From Thermodesulfobacteriota bacterium (GTDB lineage Bacteria > Desulfobacterota > Desulfobulbia > Desulfobulbales > SURF-16): a stretch of 17,655 nt of DNA. Location of the stretch: the NCBI GenBank assembly GCA_039715015.1, contig JBDLIE010000054.1, positions 1 to 17,655 of the forward strand, read 5' to 3'. Numbering within the stretch: position 1 is the first letter of the stretch; the number at the start of each line of letters is the position of its first letter. Below are positions 9,258 through 16,804 of this stretch, piece after piece. Below the pieces are notes generated by a model. It ran no database searches. It saw nothing but the letters and a program-made list of their open reading frames with translations, and was not told the DNA's origin. The translations under genes and the position numbers were made by a program.

Positions 9258-9280
9258 TTCCCGGGACACCATCCTTAATT
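9258..9280 (+). repeat. Short dispersed intergenic repeat (REP-like), copy 2
   Basis: TTCCCGGGACACCATCCTTAATT just after the DUF2058 stop; 19/23 identical to 7123-7145. Confidence 0.5.
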
Positions 9281-9445
9281 GACCAGAACTACGGCAGCCG
9301 GCCCAGAACTCTTCACGGCCTGTCTATCAAGCACCTGGCAAGCCGCAACAGATCTATTTTCCTGTTACAATTTCTTAGAACAAGTTAAATGAACTGAAAG
9401 ACGCAGCCACCAGGGTGTGCGTATCCATTTATGGAGTGATTTTAT

Positions 9446-10135
9446 ATGGCGCAGCCATGGCAGGTTATTGATAAGGCTGACACTGATGAGGGCCTTTTGG
9501 AATTGCGGCAACGGGGGGAGAAGGATTTTTTGATCCTCATTGATGACCGGGTGCTGATGAACTCCTATGCCAATCGTTCGGAGATAGTGTTGTCAGAGCT
9601 TGCCTGTCAGGCCATCAGCGGCCGGAAAAACCCGCGGGTGCTCATGGGCGGGCTGGGCATGGCTTTCACCCTCAAGGCGGCCCTGGATAATCTTTCTGAT
9701 CATGCCACGGTGACAGTGGCTGAATTGAACCCGGTGGTAGTCGACTGGTGCCGTGGTCCCTTGGCCGCCCTCACCGGTAAGGCTGTGGCTGATCCCAGGG
9801 TGACGGTGGAGATTGCTGACGTGGCAACGGTGATTGCTCAGGCTGCGCGGCAAGGGGGTAAGGCAGGATTTGATGCGATTATCCTGGACCTTTATGAAGG
9901 CCCTTCCGAATCCAGCAGGACACGTGGCGAGTATGAGCATCTTTACGGTGCTGCTGCCCTTGCGCTAAGTAGTGCCGCCCTGAAGCCGGGAGGGGTGTTC
10001 GCCGTCTGGTCCGAAGATCCGGACAAGGCCTTTGAACAACGCCTTAGCCGTGCCCATTTCTCCTTTGACCAGCAACGGCCAGGGCGGGGCGGACGCCGGC
10101 ATGTGGTCTATATTGCCAGGAAGTCCGGTGGCTGA
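9446..10135 (+). CDS. Spermidine synthase-like SAM-dependent transferase
   Basis: VLMNS...SE, VLMGGLGMAFTL, VAELNPVVVDWCRGPL, FDAIILDLYEGP, LKPGGVFAVWS; SD GGAG. Confidence 0.82.
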   Translation: MAQPWQVIDKADTDEGLLELRQRGEKDFLILIDDRVLMNSYANRSEIVLSELACQAISGRKNPRVLMGGLGMAFTLKAALDNLSDHATVTVAELNPVVVDWCRGPLAALTGKAVADPRVTVEIADVATVIAQAARQGGKAGFDAIILDLYEGPSESSRTRGEYEHLYGAAALALSSAALKPGGVFAVWSEDPDKAFEQRLSRAHFSFDQQRPGRGGRRHVVYIARKSGG

Positions 10136-10223
10136 AAGGGGCACGTTCTTTAATCACCAATCAGGTTTTGGCCTTGGCATAGTGGCAAAACACGCTTAGT
10201 AGGTAACGATTACAGGGAAGAAA

Positions 10224-11060
10224 ATGGCAGAGATCGGCAGGATAAATAAGCTTACCATTAAAAGATTGCGGGACTACGGCGTCCATTTTGATGGTGGTGA
10301 GGCAGGGGATATCCTCTTAAAGAGCAAGGATGTTCCCGAGAGCTGGCAGCCAGGCGATGAGGTCGAGGTTTTTGTTTATCAAGACCGGCAAGATCGTCTG
10401 CGGGCAAGCACCCAGAGACCGTCCGTCATGGTGGGGCAGTTTGCCAAATTGCGGGTGAAGGCAAACGCCGCCGCAGGGTCGTATCTGGATTGGGGCCTGC
10501 AAAAAGATCTGTTTGTGCCCAAGAACGAGCAGCAGGACAAAATGGTGGAAGGCAAATCATATGTTGTCTTTGTCTTCCTTGATGAAAAAACCAAGCGCAT
10601 CACCGCCTCATCAAAGCTGGAGAAGTTTCTGAACCGGCAGCCGCCAAGCTATAAAGAGGGTGAAGAGGTGGACCTGATTGTCTATGAGAAAACAGAGCTT
10701 GGGTTTCGGACCATTGTCAACCACGCCCATGAGGGCATGGTCTATAAAAGCGAGGTGTTTAAGAAGCTTTTTATCGGCCAGGAGATCAAGGGCTATATTA
10801 AAAAAATTCGCGAAGACCTGAAGATTGACCTGATCCTGCAAAAGCCAGGCTATAAAGGCGTTGATGATATTGCCCAGACCATCCTGAAGACAATTAGGGA
10901 TTTTGGCGGCACTATTGCCCTGACTGATAAAAGTCCGCCGGAAGATATCTACTCCCTGTTCGGGGTCAGTAAGAAGGTATTCAAAAAGGCCATAGGCGCC
11001 CTCTATAAAAAAAGGCTTATTACCATGGACAAGAGCGGTATCAAGCTTGCCCGGAAGTGA
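10224..11060 (+). CDS. CvfB/YitL family S1-domain RNA-binding protein
   Basis: IGRINKL, GDEVEVFVY, YLDWGLQKDLFVP, C-terminal winged helix DKSPPEDIYSLFGVSKKVFKKAIGALYK. Confidence 0.9.
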   Translation: MAEIGRINKLTIKRLRDYGVHFDGGEAGDILLKSKDVPESWQPGDEVEVFVYQDRQDRLRASTQRPSVMVGQFAKLRVKANAAAGSYLDWGLQKDLFVPKNEQQDKMVEGKSYVVFVFLDEKTKRITASSKLEKFLNRQPPSYKEGEEVDLIVYEKTELGFRTIVNHAHEGMVYKSEVFKKLFIGQEIKGYIKKIREDLKIDLILQKPGYKGVDDIAQTILKTIRDFGGTIALTDKSPPEDIYSLFGVSKKVFKKAIGALYKKRLITMDKSGIKLARK

Positions 11061-11089
11061 GAGAAAAGGATTATGAAGGGTGATTGCCA

Positions 11090-12076
11090 ATGAGCAGCGA
11101 AGTTATCATCTACAAGCAAGAAGGGCAGGCCGTTGAAGTGCGTCTGGACGGCAAACAGGATACCATCTGGCTGACCCAGCGACAGATGGGTGAATTATTT
11201 GATAAAGATAGTGATACTATAGGATTACACCTAAAAAATATCTATAAGAGCGGTGAGCTAGATGAAAATACAACTACCGAGCAATCCTCGGTAGTTCGCC
11301 AGGAAGGCAAACGTCAGGTTAAACGCGAAATCAATTTTTACAACCTTGATGCCGTCATCTCGGTCGGGTATCGGGTCAACTCAAAACGTGCTGTTCAGTT
11401 CCGCCAATGGGCAACCCGTATTCTACGCGAGCACCTGGCCCAGGGCTGGACCCTAAGCCGCCAACGTTTCGAAGCCAACGCCCGGGAACTGGAAGCTGCA
11501 ATGGAGCTGGTGCGCAAGGCGGTGCAAAGCCCGGAACTGCTTGCTGATACCGGTCGAGGCTTAGTGGAGATTGTGACCCGCTATGCCCAGACTTTTCTGC
11601 TCCTTCAAAGATATGACGAAGGGCTACTTAGTACACCGGGTGTGCAGACAGGTGGAATTTTGCCAACGGTTGTGGAGGCGCGGAATGCTTTGGCCGGGTT
11701 AAAGGCTGAACTGATTAGCCGTGAAGAGGCAACTGAACTGTTCGGACAGGAGCGGGAGGAAGGGCTGGCCTCATTGCTCGGCAATCTCGACCAGACGATT
11801 TTAGGCAAACCGGCCTATCCCAGCATTGAGGCCAAGGCGGCCCATCTTCTCTATTTTGTTATTAAAAACCATCCCTTTTCTGATGGTAATAAACGCAGTG
11901 CGGCCTTTCTTTTTGTCGACTTTCTAAACTGCAACCAACGTTTACTCAATGACCAGGGAGAGCCAGTGATTAATGATATTGGTCTGGCGGCCCTGACCTT
12001 GCTGGTTGCTCAGTCAGATCCTGCCAACAAGGAGACGATGATCCGCCTAATCATGAATATGTTGGCCCACTCATGA
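11090..12076 (+). CDS. RhuM-domain / Fic-Doc family protein
   Basis: N-terminal RhuM motifs (TIWLTQRQMGELF, YNLDAVISVGYRVNSKRAVQFRQWA); C-terminal Fic motif HPFSDGNKRSA. ATG 11090, alternative TTG 11084. Confidence 0.9.
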   Translation: MSSEVIIYKQEGQAVEVRLDGKQDTIWLTQRQMGELFDKDSDTIGLHLKNIYKSGELDENTTTEQSSVVRQEGKRQVKREINFYNLDAVISVGYRVNSKRAVQFRQWATRILREHLAQGWTLSRQRFEANARELEAAMELVRKAVQSPELLADTGRGLVEIVTRYAQTFLLLQRYDEGLLSTPGVQTGGILPTVVEARNALAGLKAELISREEATELFGQEREEGLASLLGNLDQTILGKPAYPSIEAKAAHLLYFVIKNHPFSDGNKRSAAFLFVDFLNCNQRLLNDQGEPVINDIGLAALTLLVAQSDPANKETMIRLIMNMLAHS

Positions 12077-12103
12077 AAAACGGGCCAAAAAGCCTCTTGC
12101 CCC

Positions 12104-12358
12104 TTAAATTTTTTTCACTTTTTCACCGACCAACATGGATTTTTCGCAGTGGGCGCCTTCCCTGGGTTGGCAGTCGAGGAGTATACCCATGACCTTGTCA
12201 GCGGTCTTGTAGCAGCCGGCGTCCTCCAGTCTTCCCAAGAGGTCGGACATCAGCTTGTTAAACTCCAGGCATTTTTCGTGATCGGCAGAGGCGCGCTGGT
12301 GTAAGGCAACGGCCCTGTCCAAATCCTTCCTGATATCTTCAGGGATTATTTCAGCCAT
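12104..12358 (-). CDS. Hypothetical protein (84 aa, 4 Cys)
   Basis: Intergenic ORF with SD-like TAAGGA upstream; helical, protein-like composition; family not recognised. Confidence 0.7.
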   Translation of the reverse strand: MAEIIPEDIRKDLDRAVALHQRASADHEKCLEFNKLMSDLLGRLEDAGCYKTADKVMGILLDCQPREGAHCEKSMLVGEKVKKI

Positions 12359-12535
12359 GATCTTTGGTCCTTATATACGGCTTTTGGAGAGCGTGTACGG
12401 GTTGCGGTTGAATTTTTAAGATGGCCTTGGGCCAATGGTAACGTATAAATATGCTAATCTGCCATAGAAAATATAGGAAAATATACGTATTAATTTTCTA
12501 AAATTCAATCGTGGTGTTGGGATAAAGAGAGGATT

Positions 12536-12985
12536 ATGAAGATCTGGGTTGATGCTGATGCGTGCCCCAACGTTATCAAAGAAATATTGTTTCGGGCTGC
12601 CGAACGGTTGCAGATCCCGCTTGTCCTGGTGGCTAATTCGTTTTTGCGGCCCCCTTCATCGCGCTACATCCGAGCAATTCGGGTGGGGGCCGGCTTTGAT
12701 GTGGCAGATAAGAAAATAGTCGATGAGATGGAGGCCGGTGATTTGGTTATCACCGCTGATATCCCCCTGGCATCCGAGGTGATTGGTCAAGGGGGCCATG
12801 CCTTGAATCCGCGGGGAGAATTGTACACCAAGGAAAATATCGAAGAGCGCCTGTCCATGCGTAATTTCATGGACGAATTACGGGGCGCCGGAGTAGATAC
12901 CGGCGGCCCAGCGGCACTGGGCCAGAAAGAGCGCCAGGCCTTTGCTAATCGGTTGGATCAGTTTTTGACTAAACACCATAGATAA
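12536..12985 (+). CDS. yaiI: YaiI/YqxD (UPF0178) family protein
   Basis: [48 protein letters not shown]. Confidence 0.93.
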   Translation: MKIWVDADACPNVIKEILFRAAERLQIPLVLVANSFLRPPSSRYIRAIRVGAGFDVADKKIVDEMEAGDLVITADIPLASEVIGQGGHALNPRGELYTKENIEERLSMRNFMDELRGAGVDTGGPAALGQKERQAFANRLDQFLTKHHR

Positions 12986-13012
12986 CGATCTTGTTAGCGC
13001 CGGCTGGCAGGA

Positions 13013-13372
13013 TCATCCTCCGGCCAGTTTGGCCTTATAGCCTAGCTTGATCAGGGCATCGACCAGGGCGTCGCGATGATCGCCCTGGATTTCAATGACC
13101 CCATTCTTGACGGTGCCGCCGGTACCGCATTTCTTCTTGAGCTGTTTGCCAAGCTTTTTGAGTTCTGCCTCGCCAAGGGGCACCCCGGTTATCAGACAGA
13201 CGCCGCTGCCCTTACGGCCCTTGGTCTGGCGGCTTACCCGCACCACGCCATCGGCCTGTGGCTGGTTTTTCTTTTTACTGCAGCAGCATTTTTTAACAGG
13301 ATGGCCGCAACCCGGACAGGTCCGCCCTGTTTCGGTGGAGTAAACCAGGCCTTTTGTTTTTATAGTTCTCAT
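13013..13372 (-). CDS. yciH: Translation initiation factor Sui1/YciH family protein
   Basis: LVYSTETG, TKGRKGSGVCLITG, LKKKCGTGGTVKNGVIEIQGDHRD; N-terminal CPGC...CCC. Confidence 0.93.
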   Translation of the reverse strand: MRTIKTKGLVYSTETGRTCPGCGHPVKKCCCSKKKNQPQADGVVRVSRQTKGRKGSGVCLITGVPLGEAELKKLGKQLKKKCGTGGTVKNGVIEIQGDHRDALVDALIKLGYKAKLAGG

Positions 13373-13462
13373 TCTTTTTCTTTAAAGGATTCCGTAAGTT
13401 TTTTCAGTCCTTTATTTCTCCGAGGGGCCCCAGTTACAAATGTTTGCGCCTTTTAGCAAGGA

Positions 13463-13490
13463 GAAAGCCGTACTGAGTCGCACGGCCTTT
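13463..13490 (-). terminator. Candidate intrinsic terminator after the B12 radical SAM gene
   Basis: On - strand, AAGGCCGTG-loop-TACGGCTTT hairpin directly after the stop codon. Confidence 0.45.
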
Positions 13491-14999
13491 TTAAACGGCT
13501 GGTGTGGATATGGTGGCATGCCCTTGAGCTGAAATACGCTGCGCCATTTTTTCGTAATGGAGGCCAAAGATTGCCAGTTCAACGGCAAAGGGCAGGGCGC
13601 GGCGCTTACGAAACAGGGTGACGATCAGCAGCCGCCAGTACAGGAAACGGCACCGCGAGAAGATACCGATCTGCCAGATGCTTTTAGCAAAGGCGACCAG
13701 GTCTATAGCCTGTAACCTCTTGCGCACCGTGGGCGAATAGCTGTGCAGGAAGGTATGGATCCGCTGGTAATAGCAGGTAGGCGAATAGATAGTGGCCAGG
13801 ATTTTTTCATAGCCTTCCTGCAACTGCTGGCGGTCCATTTTGGGTAAAAAGTTTAAATTACCGTCGGTGTTTTCACCGGTGGCGTTGGCAATGAGCCGTC
13901 CCTCTGCTTTGAGGCGGTGCCAAAGCCTTGTCTGCGGCAAGGCGGTAAGGAGACCTACCATGGCGGTTACCACCCCGATCTGCTGGATGAATGCGATCTG
14001 GGCGTCAAAGATGCTCTCGGTGTCTGAATCAAAACCAACAATAAAGCCGCCCATCACCTGCATGCCATGGCCATGAATGGCCTGCACCGCATCGATGAGG
14101 TTGATCTGGGTGTTTAGGTGTTTGCCGCACTCCTCTAACCCTTCCTCACTGGGGGTTTCCAGGCCGAGAAAGACCTTGTAGAAATTGGCAGTGCTCATGA
14201 GTCCCATGAGTTCCTTGTCGGCGGCCAGATCGGTACTGGCCTCGGTGAGCAGGGTAAAGGGATAGCGGTGCTCCTGCTGCCAGGCAATGAGAGTGGGCAG
14301 CATCTCTTTAACCTTGGTCTTGTTGCCGATGAAATTATCATCGACGATAAAGACCGCCTGCCGCCAGCCCGCAGCATGGAGCGCCGCGAATTCCCGGCGC
14401 ATCTGTTCCGGGCTTTTGGTCCGCGGCCTGCGGCCATTCATGATCACGATATCGCAGAACTCGCAGTTGTAAGGACAGCCCCGTGAAAACTGGACGGCCA
14501 TGGTGGCGTAGTTTCCCACCTTGATGAGCGACCAGAGCGGCACCGGGGTTTGGGCCAGGTCTGGCCTTTTCGTGTTGCTATACACCGGCTTGGGGCAGCC
14601 GGCAGCCAGGTCGCGCAGAAAAGGCGGCAGGGTGAATTCCGCTTCGTTCAGCACAAAGTGATCGACATCATGAAATTTTTCGTGCTGGGCGGTAAAGGCC
14701 GGGCCGCCGGCCACGATCTTTTTGCCGTGCCGTTTGCAGCGGCTGATCTCTTCCTGGGCGCTTTGTTGCTGGACCAGCATGGCGCTGACCATCACCATGT
14801 CGGCCCAGGCGATGTCGGAATCGGTGAGCGGTTCAACGTTCAGATCGATGAGCCGTTTTTGCCAATCAGCAGGCAACATGGCGGCCACGGTCAAGAGCCC
14901 CAGGGGTGGGAATGCCGCCTTTTTTGAAATGAATTTGAGTACGTACTTGAAGCTCCAGAACGTGTCTGGGTATTTGGGGTAGAGCAACAGAACCTTCAT
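13491..14999 (-). CDS. B12-binding radical SAM protein (DUF4070-containing, HpnP-like architecture)
   Basis: PDTFWSF, PPLGLLTVAAMLP cobalamin-binding N-domain; SRGCPYNCEFCDI; FIVDDNFIGNK; GGFIVGFDSD. ATG at 14999 preceded by SD GGGAGG. Confidence 0.9.
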   Translation of the reverse strand: MKVLLLYPKYPDTFWSFKYVLKFISKKAAFPPLGLLTVAAMLPADWQKRLIDLNVEPLTDSDIAWADMVMVSAMLVQQQSAQEEISRCKRHGKKIVAGGPAFTAQHEKFHDVDHFVLNEAEFTLPPFLRDLAAGCPKPVYSNTKRPDLAQTPVPLWSLIKVGNYATMAVQFSRGCPYNCEFCDIVIMNGRRPRTKSPEQMRREFAALHAAGWRQAVFIVDDNFIGNKTKVKEMLPTLIAWQQEHRYPFTLLTEASTDLAADKELMGLMSTANFYKVFLGLETPSEEGLEECGKHLNTQINLIDAVQAIHGHGMQVMGGFIVGFDSDTESIFDAQIAFIQQIGVVTAMVGLLTALPQTRLWHRLKAEGRLIANATGENTDGNLNFLPKMDRQQLQEGYEKILATIYSPTCYYQRIHTFLHSYSPTVRKRLQAIDLVAFAKSIWQIGIFSRCRFLYWRLLIVTLFRKRRALPFAVELAIFGLHYEKMAQRISAQGHATISTPAV

Positions 15000-15050
15000 T
15001 TGGACCTCCCCAGGCAAAGGCTTGATCGGTCAGAACATCATTGCTCGGGC

Positions 15051-15090
15051 AAAAAAAAGCCGAGCTACCTTAATCTCAAGGCAGCCCGGC
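15051..15090 (-). terminator. Riboswitch expression-platform intrinsic terminator
   Basis: - strand GCCGGGCTGCCTTG-AGAT-TAAGGTAGCTCGGC hairpin followed by T8; its 5' arm is the 3' end of the aptamer. Confidence 0.85.
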
Positions 15091-15152
15091 TGAGTATGAA
15101 ACTCCCGTGGCTTTCCGCCCCTGTCTCACAACAGGTTTGACTTTTTCTTCAG
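15078..15152 (-). ncRNA. c-di-GMP-I (GEMM-I) riboswitch
   Basis: - strand AAAAAGTCAAACCTGTT-GTGA-GACAGGGGCGGAAAGCCACGGGAGT...ACTCAGCCGGGCTGCC: P2 with AAA internal loop and GNRA tetraloop, GCGGAAAGCC junction and AGCCGGGCTGCC 3' motif typical of deltaproteobacterial GEMM-I RNAs; lies in the 5' UTR of the radical SAM gene. Confidence 0.9.
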
Positions 15153-15344
15153 CAGAACAGCACAATAATTTTTAAAGAATCATTCTATAGAATATCGCCA
15201 AATCAGGAGAGACACAAGCCGATAAATATATAGTTGTTCAGACCCGATCTGACAGTTTTGGCGATAAGGCATTATTAAATCTGACATTCAGTAGCAACCT
15301 TCACCAAAGGGTGGTTTGAAAAAGCCTGATATTAGGTTTGGTAA

Positions 15345-15468
15345 TATTAACGCAAAGCTAAGACGCGCGCCTAGCCGAGGTTGAGTAAGTTCGGGTTGTA
15401 CTCAAGATTGCCGAAGCCGATATAGCGAAGCGCAAGTCTGCGCGTCGTGCTTGAGCGGATTGTTATGC
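15345..15468 (-). mobile_element. Integron attC site (last of the array)
   Basis: - strand GCATAAC-AATCC-GCTCAAGCACGACGCGC ... GCGCGTCTTAGC-TTTGC-GTTAATA: R'', L'' with extrahelical base, L', R'; 124 bp imperfect palindrome. Confidence 0.85.
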
Positions 15469-15502
15469 CCAAATTTCATCTGCCGGAAGTAGCTTTTTTA
15501 AA

Positions 15503-15540
15503 TCAAAAGCCCTGCATAAGTGGTTATACAGGGCTTTTGA
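15503..15540 (-). terminator. Strong hairpin, probable terminator after the small secreted protein gene
   Basis: TCAAAAGCCCTG / CAGGGCTTTTGA 12-bp perfect arms, extendable to 17 bp with one G-U on the - strand; 7 nt after the stop. Confidence 0.7.
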
Positions 15541-15547
15541 CGATTGA

Positions 15548-15790
15548 TTAAAAGCCGGGTAATGGCGGAGGTGGAGGCAGAGGAATTTTGATCTTCACAG
15601 AGTCACCGGGTTCTTCCCTATGGGGTCTACGGTATTTGTCGTGCTCTTTATGATACTCCTTCTCATATTTCTTATGTTCCTTGTGCCTCTCCCCACGGCC
15701 ACGCCAATGACCGCTTTCGTTTTTATCCGGGTCAGCCTGCACCGGCGTGGCCAGCATAAGCAACAAACAAATGAACCATAGTTTTTTCAT
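15548..15790 (-). CDS. Small secreted protein (cassette ORF)
   Basis: Signal peptide MKKLWFICLLLMLATPVQA, then DPDKNESGH, a His/Lys/Glu-rich middle and a Pro-rich end; SD AAGGA. Confidence 0.8.
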   Translation of the reverse strand: MKKLWFICLLLMLATPVQADPDKNESGHWRGRGERHKEHKKYEKEYHKEHDKYRRPHREEPGDSVKIKIPLPPPPPLPGF

Positions 15791-15969
15791 AACACTTTCC
15801 TTGTCAGAGTTAATTAAATTGACGATGCGACTCTCTGCTCAATTACACTTAGGCAGTGCATAAATTTATCTTGTTCCAGCATGAAATCAAGCAAAGAAAC
15901 AGCTTTGTGTAACTTTTGGGTCTTTGTCATGTTTGCAGAATGTAAGATGTTTGGTGAACATCTAAAAAA

Positions 15970-16008
15970 CGCACGTTCTCGCGGGTCTGGTTGAACGAAT
16001 TGTTCGGT
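15970..16008 (-). mobile_element. Truncated or degenerate attC (R''-L'' half only)
   Basis: - strand ACCGAAC-AATTC-GTTCAACCAGACCCGCG, about 30 nt after the DJ-1 stop; no clear L'/R' partner. Confidence 0.65.
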
Positions 16009-16039
16009 TTGTCTCATGCAGGGCTTGAATATATGCCCC

Positions 16040-16675
16040 TTATTTATTTGTTTCAAGTAGGTCGTTTTTCATTAGCTCCCATTGTTTTTCATACTCCATT
16101 ATGTATGCTACTTTGTCTACAAAATCAATATCATACCCAAACCGCTTTAGAAGGTGAAAACTAACCTCTATTCCAGATGTGATACCGCCACCTGTTACAA
16201 TACGACCAGTATCAACAACTCTATGGCGATCAATTATACATTTAGGTGCAAGCTGGGCAAGCCTGTCAATTGGTACTAATGGTTCATTTGGGTCGCCATT
16301 TTTTCTGTTTGTTGCTTTGATACCATCTAGTAACCCTGCAACACCATAAACCCATGACCCTGTACAAACACTAACAAGCATGGTCTCTTTTGGAACTGAT
16401 TTAACAAAGTTTAGTAAACGACTATTGTGTATTTCTGGGCGTGTGCCAATACCGCCAGGAATAAGAAAAGCATCCATACTTGGATTATCACTTAACCCAT
16501 ATTTGGGGACAACTCGTAAACCTGCTGTGGCTACAACAGGTGCTATCGTGTCACCAATAAGAAATGTTTCTAATTCTGGGTCCATTCTTTTTGCTACTGC
16601 AAATACGCCTGTTGGACCAGCCCAATCAATTACTTCTGCATTGTCAAAAATATAAATTCCTAATCTCTTTTTCAT
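16040..16675 (-). CDS. DJ-1/PfpI family protein (isonitrile hydratase InhA-like subfamily)
   Basis: EVIDWAGP, FLIPGGIGTR, nucleophile motif SVCTGS, AGLLDG, VVDTGRIVTGGGITSGIE; SD AAGGAG. Confidence 0.9.
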   Translation of the reverse strand: MKKRLGIYIFDNAEVIDWAGPTGVFAVAKRMDPELETFLIGDTIAPVVATAGLRVVPKYGLSDNPSMDAFLIPGGIGTRPEIHNSRLLNFVKSVPKETMLVSVCTGSWVYGVAGLLDGIKATNRKNGDPNEPLVPIDRLAQLAPKCIIDRHRVVDTGRIVTGGGITSGIEVSFHLLKRFGYDIDFVDKVAYIMEYEKQWELMKNDLLETNK

Positions 16676-16700
16676 TTTCTTGATTCTCCTTTGTTGTGTT

Positions 16701-16718
16701 TACAGACCAGTCTGTCTA
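16701..16718. promoter_or_regulatory. Putative TetR operator upstream of the DJ-1 gene
   Basis: ACAGAC-CA-GTCTGT palindrome, same motif as at 16770-16785 and 17392-17407. Confidence 0.7.
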
Positions 16719-16761
16719 GGGAGTGGTGAAAGATTACTTTGCTCTTTTGACACCACCTCAA

Positions 16762-16793
16762 ACGACAGAGACAGACAGGTCTGTCTCTGTCGT
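16762..16793. repeat. Perfect 15-bp inverted repeat containing the operator core
   Basis: ACGACAGAGACAGAC-AG-GTCTGTCTCTGTCGT, 11 nt downstream of the tetR stop. Confidence 0.85.
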
Positions 16794-16804
16794 GGTAAAA
16801 AAAA

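Noticed and set aside
15814..16056. 80-aa minus-strand ORF
   Set aside because: Runs through the attC half-site and overlaps the DJ-1 stop; no recognisable protein features.
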